From: Hyalangium minutum
GTDB taxonomy: Bacteria; Myxococcota; Myxococcia; Myxococcales; Myxococcaceae
Assembly (NCBI RefSeq): GCF_000737315.1
Contig: NZ_JMCB01000010.1
Coordinates: forward strand, 186,001-250,000
Reading direction: 5' to 3'
DNA: 64,000 bases
Part shown: one piece after another, positions 56,586 to 64,000 of the stretch
Layout of the letters: every line of letters begins with the position of its first letter
Numbering within the stretch: position 1 is the first letter of the stretch
Notes under the pieces: model-generated
Told to the model about the DNA's origin: nothing
Seen by the model: the letters and a program-made list of their open reading frames with translations, nothing else
The model's database searches: none
Made by a program: the position numbers and the translations under genes

Positions 56586-58007
56586 ATGTGCCGTCTTGTT
56601 CTCGCATGCCTATTGCTTGTCAACTGGCTCGGGTGTGTCACTACAGCTTCGAGGCCTCATGAGGAATCACCCGCCAATGAGCAACCCAGCGCTCATGATT
56701 TCCAATCAGAGATCTTCCGGAAAGATCAGCAACTTCACAAGACTCTCAATGGCGGGAATGAGAGTGCTATCGGGCTGGGGGCTACTGGAGAGTTCGTGAA
56801 ACTCCTTCAGCAGGCGTTGCAACAAATAGGTTATGGCGCACTCTTGAAGAAAAAGCCTGACGGGGTGTTTGACGATGAAACCAGACAAGCCGTCGAACAG
56901 TTTCAGCAGAACCAGGATCTCATGAGCGATGGTGTCGTCGGCAGTCAGACGCTCGCAGAGCTTGATCTACTCATGTCACGCCATGAGAGTAGCAGTCTGT
57001 CAGAAGAAGATGATGATGATTTTTCCTTCCGACCGTTTGTGCTGGGCCCTCTCCAGCGCTTGGGATCCACAGGCTCTGGGCATGCAAATGTTTCTCCCCA
57101 AGTTGCTCTGGCCATCCTCGACAACATGGCTAAGACGAAGGGGCAGATTAGCTTCATTCCTGATAAAGGAGGGGTTGGCCAATGCTCTTGGTTCACCATC
57201 GAAGGAGATCCGTATGTCGGAAAGCTTGCTGGAAAACCTATCAAGCTTGATGTGGCCCTTAAAATCCCTGATAACGCGCTCGTTTTCAAGGAGGCGGAAC
57301 TGGTCCAACGCATAAAGGACAAGGCCCAAGCTTTCGACGCAGAGGCGGACTACCGGCAGCGCAAGAACATCCCTAAGAATCAAGAACTCTCGTCTCGCCA
57401 AAAAGAGATAGTCCGCAGGTTGCACCGAACTAGGCCCGAGCAACTCGTCTGGAATGAGGTAGGCCAAGAGGTTCAGAGGCACCCATCAAAGATAGGGATT
57501 ATTGAATACGATGGCGTCGATCGAGGCGATTGGTCTCTCTCTAAGAACAGACCAGGGAAAACGGTCGCTGTCGCGGATGGTTCGAAGATTACGATCAAGG
57601 GCGGTGTAGGTGCTGTTGTCGAGGCGCTGCAAAGCAAAGGATATGGCGTCGATCCTACCCTTCGGGAAGCCGCCGAGACCCTTGTTCGAAGAGCAAAAAA
57701 TGTGGCCAAGGTCAAGGGTGTGTTCAAGTATGGCGGACGGGTGCTCATTGTTGTTGGTGCGGTCGCAGATGGTTACCGTATCTATCGCGCCGAGAACAAA
57801 CTTAAGGAGACCGTAAAAGTTGCTGGTGGGTGGGCTGGAGCCTCGGCTGCCGCAGCCCTCTTTTCTGCCTTTTGGGTGCCTGCTGATACTGCAGGACCCA
57901 TCGCTTGGGGCGTCCATGGTGTAGGTGTACTGGTCGCCGGAGGCGTTGGCTATTTCGTTGGTAGTAAAGCCACAACGTACGTGTACGAACTTGTGTTGGA
58001 GGAGTAG
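56586..58007 (+). CDS. Lipoprotein with PG-binding domain, uncharacterised central domain and hydrophobic Gly/Ala-rich C-terminus (putative toxin)
   Basis: Lipobox NWLGC; PG_binding_1 motif GATGEFVKLLQQAL...DGVFDDET..AV.QFQ...DGVVG..T; C-terminal GRVLIVVGAV...GGWAGASAAA...GGVGYFVG. A/T-richer DNA. Confidence 0.8.
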   Translation: MCRLVLACLLLVNWLGCVTTASRPHEESPANEQPSAHDFQSEIFRKDQQLHKTLNGGNESAIGLGATGEFVKLLQQALQQIGYGALLKKKPDGVFDDETRQAVEQFQQNQDLMSDGVVGSQTLAELDLLMSRHESSSLSEEDDDDFSFRPFVLGPLQRLGSTGSGHANVSPQVALAILDNMAKTKGQISFIPDKGGVGQCSWFTIEGDPYVGKLAGKPIKLDVALKIPDNALVFKEAELVQRIKDKAQAFDAEADYRQRKNIPKNQELSSRQKEIVRRLHRTRPEQLVWNEVGQEVQRHPSKIGIIEYDGVDRGDWSLSKNRPGKTVAVADGSKITIKGGVGAVVEALQSKGYGVDPTLREAAETLVRRAKNVAKVKGVFKYGGRVLIVVGAVADGYRIYRAENKLKETVKVAGGWAGASAAAALFSAFWVPADTAGPIAWGVHGVGVLVAGGVGYFVGSKATTYVYELVLEE

Positions 58008-58009
58008 CA

Positions 58010-58591
58010 ATGCTCTCACGCAAAGAACTCATCGACATCTTGGCGAATCTGGCCGCGCCATTGACTCCCTTCACTCTCGAAGGAGCGCCAGAGGACGGCA
58101 CACTCTTCATAGACTGGCTTGAGCGGCGCAGCCAGGAACAGTTTAATCGAATCCAAGGCGACGCGGTAAATGCCTTCATTGATATCGTGCTCCATCCACC
58201 GGAACTTCACGAGTACGTTCCACCAGCCAGGGATGAAGAGTCTTTCAGGACCGAGTTCCTTGGATTGGCCGAGTCTTACAGCAACTCGCTGCATGCACCC
58301 CGGATCATTAAAGGCATTGAACCCGCGCTTCAGCTTCCCTCCCAGCGGCGTTGGGCTGTTGATGTATTGGGAAGATTGAAGACTTATGAGGCACTCCCCC
58401 TTCTCCATGCGTTCGCCGCGAGTAACCTAACAAAAGAAGAAGAAATGCATATCATTGAGGCCCTTGGAGAGAGAGCCGAGCCAGAAGCCCGGGCTTTGCT
58501 GGAGGAGTTGCATAGGCGTTGTCTTGAGCCTGAAGCACAGGCCAGGATCAATACATTGCTCCGACGCTTCAAGAGTGTTGAGCAGGAGTGA
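58010..58591 (+). CDS. Cytoplasmic helical (HEAT-repeat-like) protein, putative immunity partner
   Basis: Starts 2 bp after the previous stop; RRWAVDVLGRLKTYEALPLL...IIEALGE..EPEARALL HEAT-like pattern. Confidence 0.7.
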   Translation: MLSRKELIDILANLAAPLTPFTLEGAPEDGTLFIDWLERRSQEQFNRIQGDAVNAFIDIVLHPPELHEYVPPARDEESFRTEFLGLAESYSNSLHAPRIIKGIEPALQLPSQRRWAVDVLGRLKTYEALPLLHAFAASNLTKEEEMHIIEALGERAEPEARALLEELHRRCLEPEAQARINTLLRRFKSVEQE

Positions 58592-58704
58592 GCAGGACCA
58601 AGACACTCAGGGCGGCCATCAGCCACACGCTTGCTGTTACTGTCCCTGGCTGGCCCTTGGTAGGTCATGCTCGATTATTCCCTCTATTGCTAGGCATCTC
58701 AGGA

Positions 58705-58887
58705 TGGAGGCGGCGGGAATCGAACCCGCATCAAGGCGGAAGCAAAACCCCAAGCAGGTCGCGTTGTTACCGGCCAACGACTTGATCTCACACCGGATCG
58801 TTCCCCCGCCCCGTCCCGTCTCGTCCCGTCTCGTCCCGTCTCGTCCCGTTCAATTCCCCGCCGGAGGGTCACACTGGGGCACATGCG
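58705..58887 (-). repeat. Repeat copy 2: tmRNA 3'-end-like att fragment plus arm sequence with 10-bp VNTR
   Basis: Same 25-bp tmRNA-like end as 53931 and same orientation; CGTCCCGTCT x3 (58812-58841); ends GGGGCACATGCG. Confidence 0.85.
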
Positions 58888-59012
58888 ATTCCTGCCCTGT
58901 AGTTGAGCCCCGGTGCAGCCCTCGCACGCCTAGGAAGCAGTGTGCCCCATGGGGGTGCTCGGACCCCTACACCCGCTTGGCACACTGCTCGGGTAGCCCC
59001 GTCCACAGCTCG

Positions 59013-60236
59013 TCACGGCGTGTACAGTTCCGCCCAGTACAAAGCATTGCCACCGAACACCAGCACCCTGCCCGAGGACAGCAGCGTGGTCGTGTGGGGA
59101 GCCCAGTGGGGATGGACGAGGCGTCCGGTGGGCGACCAGGTTCCCGTTTCCGGGTCGTACACCTCCGCCGATTGGGCGCTTTCCAAGGAGCCGGAAACGC
59201 TGGAACGGCCGCCGCCCACCACCAGCACCTTGCCCGAGGGCAGCAGCACGGCCGTGTGGCCATCGCGGCCGATGGCGAGGCTGCCGGTGCGCGACCAGGT
59301 GCCCGTCTCCGGATCGTACACCTCCGCCGTGAGGGTCCCTCCGGCCGCCACCAGCACCTTGCCCGAGGGCAATAGCGTGGCTGTGTAAGCATAGCGAGAC
59401 ATGGCGAGACTGCCAGTCCGTGACCAGGTACCCGTCCCCGGGTCATACACCTCCGCATCTTTGCCGTCCGTCACCAGCACCTTACCCGAGCGCAGCAGTA
59501 CGGCCGTGTAGCCTTCGAGGCTCGTGTTGGGGGTGAGCGAGGAGGTTCCCGTTTCCGGGTCGTACACCTCCGCCTTGTTGAAGTACTCCTCGTCCGTCGC
59601 GCCGCCCAATACCAGCACCTTGCCCGAGGGTAGCAGCGTGGCCGTGTGGCCAGAGCGGCCCGTGGCGAGGCTGCCGGTGCGTGACCAAGTGCCCGTCCCC
59701 GGGTCGTACACCTCCGCCGTGGCGAGGGTGGGACTGTCCCACCCATCGACGCCGTCGGGGTTATAGCCGCCCAACACCAGCACCTTGCCCGAGGGCAGCA
59801 GCGTGGCCGTGTGGGAATAGCGGGCCGTGACGAGGCTGCCGGTGGGCGACCAGGTGCCCGTCTTCGGATCGTACACCTCACACCCGGCATACGCCCTGAG
59901 ATAATCGCCGCCCGTTATCAGCACCTTGCCCGAGGGCAGCAGCGTGGTCGTGTAATCGTCAAGGAAATGGCCTCCCATGGCGGGGCTGCTGGTGGAGGAC
60001 CATGTCTGGGGAGTGCCTGAATCCTCACCTGCGGGTGGCGCGCCACAGCCTTCGAGGCTCGACTGGCAGTCGTCACTCGGCGCATGCTCGAGGCCGAGAC
60101 AGCCGGAGAGGAATGCCAGCAATCCCACCATCAGCAGCATGAAAGACGGCAGCGAGGGCTCTTTTACGCGCCGGAGCCTGAACCCGAGGCTGCTGGCTGC
60201 GGCGGGCACATGTTCATCAGGGGTATGAAAAGACAT
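59013..60236 (-). CDS. Kelch-repeat lipoprotein
   Basis: Lipobox-like FLSGC; repeated HTATLLPSGKVLV.GG....AEVYDP.TGTWS units. Start MSFHTP at 60236 after a GGGAGG RBS. Confidence 0.92.
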   Translation of the reverse strand: MSFHTPDEHVPAAASSLGFRLRRVKEPSLPSFMLLMVGLLAFLSGCLGLEHAPSDDCQSSLEGCGAPPAGEDSGTPQTWSSTSSPAMGGHFLDDYTTTLLPSGKVLITGGDYLRAYAGCEVYDPKTGTWSPTGSLVTARYSHTATLLPSGKVLVLGGYNPDGVDGWDSPTLATAEVYDPGTGTWSRTGSLATGRSGHTATLLPSGKVLVLGGATDEEYFNKAEVYDPETGTSSLTPNTSLEGYTAVLLRSGKVLVTDGKDAEVYDPGTGTWSRTGSLAMSRYAYTATLLPSGKVLVAAGGTLTAEVYDPETGTWSRTGSLAIGRDGHTAVLLPSGKVLVVGGGRSSVSGSLESAQSAEVYDPETGTWSPTGRLVHPHWAPHTTTLLSSGRVLVFGGNALYWAELYTP

Positions 60237-60417
60237 ACGCGGGACCTCCCTTGGGGTTGCACGGAGCAAAGAGAGGGCGCGTTCGCGGCTCAAGACCGCT
60301 GAAAATCCTGGGGTAAAGTGCCCGGAAAACGCGCCGACTCCTTATCCACCAAGCAGGACGGAGTTCCAGCCGCGAGGCTGGGGAGGAGAACCGCGTGGGA
60401 GCAGCACGAGGAGCCGG

Positions 60418-61134
60418 ATGATGGCCAAGAAGCCCAGTCTCAGCGTGTGGGGTTTAGAGCTACATCCCGAACTTTTACGCGACCTGCAATCCGAACACGG
60501 AAGTATTCGGACGCGCGCGTTCCTGGTGCATCTCTACGAGCGCGCTGTTCGCAGTGCGGCCCTCGCCATCTTCAAGCACGGGGGCAGCCCTCTTGCGGAA
60601 GAAGCCAAGGAATTGGGCAAAGAAGCCGTCGTGCGCCTCGTCAAAGTCCTGGCCGAGCGCAGCTTCCGCCATCCTCAGGCTCTGCCAGCCTACCTCTACA
60701 GCATCATCGAGACGGTGTTGCGGGAGAGGCGCCGCCTGGTTCTCCAGGTGGCCCGGGATGAGGGCGAAGCCCAGCGTCTCGAGGGGGTTCCGGCGCCCGC
60801 CCCCATGGAGGAACTCAACCAGTATCCCTGGTTCCTCCGGCTGGCGCTATCGGCGGCGCAGAGTTGTGGGCTCAGTGCCCGCGACTTGGACGTCTTCTGG
60901 ACCGTCCAGGAACGCTCCACGGTGAACCAGAAGGAGAGGACCGCCGTCTACGAAGAGCTGGCCACCAAGCACGGGGCGTCCCACGACCGCATCCGCGGCA
61001 TCTACTTCACGGCGCGAAAGAGGATCAGAAAACGGATCACCGTTCTTCTGGCGGAATATCCGCGCATGCAACAACTCGATTTCTACAAGCACACGCGGTT
61101 GCTCGAGAACATGCGACAGATGGGTCGAGGCTGA
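60418..61134 (+). CDS. Divergent ECF-type sigma factor-like protein
   Basis: Region-2-like AEEAKELGKEAVVRL...PAYLYSIIETVLRERRR; region-4-like LSARDLDVF...YEELATKHGASHDRIRGIYFTARKRI. Confidence 0.6.
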   Translation: MMAKKPSLSVWGLELHPELLRDLQSEHGSIRTRAFLVHLYERAVRSAALAIFKHGGSPLAEEAKELGKEAVVRLVKVLAERSFRHPQALPAYLYSIIETVLRERRRLVLQVARDEGEAQRLEGVPAPAPMEELNQYPWFLRLALSAAQSCGLSARDLDVFWTVQERSTVNQKERTAVYEELATKHGASHDRIRGIYFTARKRIRKRITVLLAEYPRMQQLDFYKHTRLLENMRQMGRG

Positions 61135-61135
61135 G

Positions 61136-61624
61136 ATGGCGCCTACGAACACGAAGATGGAGTTCGGTGGAGAGGCGGAAGAAGATCAGGAACTGCCTCC
61201 GGAGTTGCGGTTCACCCCAGAGGAGTTGAGCCAGGGGCGGCGAGAGGCTCAGCGAGAGGCCATCGCTGTGCTGTGGAAGAACACCGCAGTTCCTCATGAA
61301 GGATTCCGTCTGGGAGACTGGCTCCGGGCCGTCCGGCTTGAGCAGGGCTTGACCGTTACCGAAGTAGCAACCCTGCTGGGGCTTTCCGAAAGGACGTTGT
61401 TGGACCTTGAGGAAGGCCAGGAGTCATTGAAGCCTTTCTCCCAAGAGGCCTTCTCCACCATTTCGGAGATGATCGGCTTGCCGGTCCCTGTGGTTGAGAG
61501 GATGTTTTTTCAGCCGCGCCGGGCCTCTAAGGTGGCTCAACCGAAACTGGCGGTGAGCGAATGGATTGCCCGCAGGGTTCCACAATTCGCACAGATGAGC
61601 GTCGCCTGGGTGCTGAGCTCATAG
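61136..61624 (+). CDS. XRE-family HTH protein
   Basis: LGDWLRAVRLEQGLTVTEVATLLGLSERTLLDLEEG; starts 1 bp after the previous stop. Confidence 0.85.
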   Translation: MAPTNTKMEFGGEAEEDQELPPELRFTPEELSQGRREAQREAIAVLWKNTAVPHEGFRLGDWLRAVRLEQGLTVTEVATLLGLSERTLLDLEEGQESLKPFSQEAFSTISEMIGLPVPVVERMFFQPRRASKVAQPKLAVSEWIARRVPQFAQMSVAWVLSS

Positions 61625-61669
61625 CCTCGGGGTTCTATTTGAGCCGAGTCCGCATCTTACTCTGTCAGG

Positions 61670-62383
61670 ATGGAAAACATGCCTCGCTCCTCGCCGCGCA
61701 CCCCGCTTCCGTGGCTGGCCTGCGCTCTGCTCACCGCCGCCTGTGATTGGCCGCCGCCGCCGCCCAAGCCCGTGGGCGAATGCAAGGGTATCTACCAGGG
61801 CCAGAACGTGACCTGGCCCATCACCTTGAGCTCGGTCAAGCTCCCCTTCACCCAGTTGGACGGAAGCACGAACGCGCAGCTCTCCCTGCAATACACGACC
61901 CAGGGCTTCAAGGGCCTCTTGGGATTCGGGGCGAACATCCTGCTGATGGGCGAGCCCCAGTTCGAGGCGGTCAGCTCGCGGACCGTGAAGCTCATTCCCA
62001 GGGAGAGCCAGCTGGTGCCCGAGGAGACGTCGTTGGTGCGCGAGTGGGAAGGGAACGTCGGACAGGGGCAGACGGGCTATCTCGCCCCGCCCGGGGTTCC
62101 AGTGGAGGGCTCTGTGACGCTGGAGCGGGTGACCCCGGACCACACGGAAGGCCACTTCCTCTACCACTACGCGAACGGCAGTGAGCTGACGTGCACCTTC
62201 GATGTGCCGGACCGCCTCTTTGACGACGGTCTGGACGACGGTGGTGGCATTGGTGGGTGTGGGACGACAGCGATTGATCGGTGGGTCCTGGGCCCCCTTG
62301 GTGTCGCTCGAGCCTGGCAGGCGGGTTCTTGGGACCACGTGATCACATGCGAGTCGGTCCCCGAGGAGGAGCACGGGAACTGA
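61670..62383 (+). CDS. Putative lipoprotein, unknown function
   Basis: Lipobox LTAAC followed by a PPPP linker; Cys pairs in the C-terminus. Confidence 0.75.
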   Translation: MENMPRSSPRTPLPWLACALLTAACDWPPPPPKPVGECKGIYQGQNVTWPITLSSVKLPFTQLDGSTNAQLSLQYTTQGFKGLLGFGANILLMGEPQFEAVSSRTVKLIPRESQLVPEETSLVREWEGNVGQGQTGYLAPPGVPVEGSVTLERVTPDHTEGHFLYHYANGSELTCTFDVPDRLFDDGLDDGGGIGGCGTTAIDRWVLGPLGVARAWQAGSWDHVITCESVPEEEHGN

Positions 62384-62680
62384 TGTGGCGCAGGCAGAGC
62401 AGGCAGGCGGCCCGCCTGACGCTGCCAGTTGTGGGAGGGACTTCATGAAATCGGGGCAAGCCCACTACATCCCTTGCTGCTGGTAAGTGTTCGCCGTGCC
62501 CCGTGCCCCGTCCCGAGGGGGAAGGGTCTGCCCAACTGGGGGCTCACGACAGGTGGGCACCCCGTCACCACGGGGACAGCGAACACTTAGAGGGGGTTGA
62601 ACTGAAGCAGGCAGGCACGGGAGGGAGTGCTTGCCCAACCCAGAGTCAGGCCGCAGGCTCCTTGCACACAGGAGGATGAT

Positions 62681-63712
62681 ATGGCGCGTGCCAAGTTCAA
62701 GGAGCCGAGGACTGGAGGCTCGGCGACCGTCGTCGTCGGGGTTTCCTCGGGAGGGATGGACGCTCTGACGAGGTTGGTCGCGCAACTCCCTGAGAGCTTC
62801 CCTGCACCCATGTTCGTTGTCCAGCACATGTCAGCGGACACCACCGGAGATGCGCTTGTCCACGCAATCAACAAGCACGGCAAGCTCGTGTGCACCCATG
62901 CACAGGATGGAGAAAAGTTCGTAGGCGGTCACATCTATCTGGCCCCGTCCGATCACCACCTGATGATCGGCAAGGGAAAGATACTGGTCACGAAGGGCGC
63001 CCGGGAGAACCGCTCGCGTCCGGCCATTGACCCACTGTTCCGATCAGCCGCTGTGGCCTATGGAAACAGAGTGATCGGTGTGTTGCTGACCGGCTATCTG
63101 GATGATGGAACCGCCGGCCTGACAGCGATCAGGAGGTGCGGGGGGACTTGCGTCGTGCAGGACCCTCAAGACGCAGCCTACCCCGACATGCCGCAGAACG
63201 CCCTCAATCGCGTGAAGGTCGACTATTGCCTGCCGCTGGCGGAGATGGGCGCTCTTTTGTCCAAGCTCGTCCAGAGGAAGTTCGGCGGGCGCAAGCCCGT
63301 GCCCAGAGACATCGCCATTGAGGCGAAGATCGCGGAGCGAGTGTTGAGCGACGTGCGTTCGGTCGATGCGCTCGGGAAACAGGTGCCATTCAACTGCCCA
63401 GGTTGCGGCGGCGTCTTGTGGAAAGTCGAAAAAGACAAGTCCCTCCGATACCGCTGCCATACCGGCCACGCCTACACCGCACCCGTCCTTTTGGCCGAAC
63501 AAACGGCGAAGGTCGAAGAGACACTCTGGGTTGCCCTGCGGATGTTCGAGGAGCGGCGAAACCTCCTGCTCTCGATGCACACTTCCCTCGACGGCCCCGG
63601 CTATCGCTCGGCCTCCGAACGGGCAAAAGAATCCGAGGTCCACATCAAACGCATCAGGGCCATCCTGAACTCGGGCGACAAGGCGACCGACGATGATGTG
63701 TCCGAACACTAA
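62681..63712 (+). CDS. cheB: Stand-alone CheB-like methylesterase with C-terminal Cys/His motif
   Basis: GVSSGG (Ser), VVQHM (His), LTGYLDDG (Asp), RPAIDPLFRSAA; CPGCGG...CHTGH tail; no REC domain. GGAGG RBS before ATG 62681. Confidence 0.92.
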   Translation: MARAKFKEPRTGGSATVVVGVSSGGMDALTRLVAQLPESFPAPMFVVQHMSADTTGDALVHAINKHGKLVCTHAQDGEKFVGGHIYLAPSDHHLMIGKGKILVTKGARENRSRPAIDPLFRSAAVAYGNRVIGVLLTGYLDDGTAGLTAIRRCGGTCVVQDPQDAAYPDMPQNALNRVKVDYCLPLAEMGALLSKLVQRKFGGRKPVPRDIAIEAKIAERVLSDVRSVDALGKQVPFNCPGCGGVLWKVEKDKSLRYRCHTGHAYTAPVLLAEQTAKVEETLWVALRMFEERRNLLLSMHTSLDGPGYRSASERAKESEVHIKRIRAILNSGDKATDDDVSEH

Positions 63713-63901
63713 ATTAGGAGCCGCTTGGCTGTCTTGAGTCTCAACGTGGGTTGGATGGACTCGGGCCTCCCCTCCCCTTGCAGCACCAGGATGGGGACCT
63801 GCTGCTCTCCGATCTGGGCGAACGTCCCCATCCGGGCCGAGAGGCTCACAGGCGTCGTGTCTCCCCATGAGCCTCAGCGTGCCCGACGGATCGGCGCTAC
63901 G

Positions 63902-63941
63902 AAAGGGGCCCGCTTCCCAGCGAACGCGTCGGGAAGCGGGC
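63902..63941 (-). terminator. Terminator-like hairpin, probably for a minus-strand gene beyond the window
   Basis: GCCCGCTTCCC...GGGAAGCGGGC 11-bp stem with CCTTT tract on the minus strand. Confidence 0.5.
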
Positions 63942-64000
63942 TGCGCTGCAATCGGCGCCCCGCGCAGGCGGCCGGGAAGGATTCAGTCCGCGGTATACAC

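Noticed and set aside
53900-58900. Prophage or IS element
   Set aside because: No integrase, transposase or structural phage genes in the window; only att-like repeats and a group II intron.
59013-60000. DNA-level repeats as a mobile or regulatory array
   Set aside because: They are in-frame Kelch repeats; the same applies to the SBBP repeats at 38200-39400.

Overview
GC-rich bacterial DNA whose gene content (FHA/sigma54 enhancer-binding protein fragment, Ser/Thr kinase, Kelch/SBBP lipoproteins, PilA-like domain, multiheme lipoprotein) suggests a myxobacterium of the Cystobacterineae; this taxonomic call is inferred. Main blocks: (1) 1-8443, a translationally coupled five-gene minus-strand operon: membrane protein, ChlI-like AAA+ ATPase, ChlD-like inactive AAA+/vWA protein, CHAT (caspase-like) protease, and a >=594-aa ORF absent from the ORF track with degenerate gluzincin-like and STAND-like domains. 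It is a candidate NTP-dependent conflict/defence system. (2) 8.6-19 kb, regulators, an M28 aminopeptidase, a signal-swapped pilin-like protein, FIST plus orphan histidine kinases and a solo nuclease-like gene. (3) 19.1-27.6 kb, a peptide ligase/peptidase cluster: three ATP-grasp-type ligases, GCS2, a GATase, and S8 and M17 peptidases. (4) 27.8-39.4 kb, metabolic enzymes, a six-heme P460-like lipoprotein and an SBBP lipoprotein. (5) 39.5-44.5 kb, a decayed region with palindromic REP-like arrays, two pseudogenes, a kinase and an orphan T3SS needle-like gene. (6) 47.5-50 kb, three SET-domain genes, one fused to an ATP-grasp domain. (7) 53.9-58.9 kb, two direct repeats carrying a tmRNA 3'-end that bracket a group II intron (inserted inside the first repeat) and an AT-richer lipoprotein toxin/immunity-like pair. 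(8) 59-64 kb, a Kelch lipoprotein, an ECF-like sigma plus Xre pair, a lipoprotein and a stand-alone CheB. No rRNA, complete tRNA or CRISPR array was found. All family assignments rest on motif recognition by eye; no database search was run.
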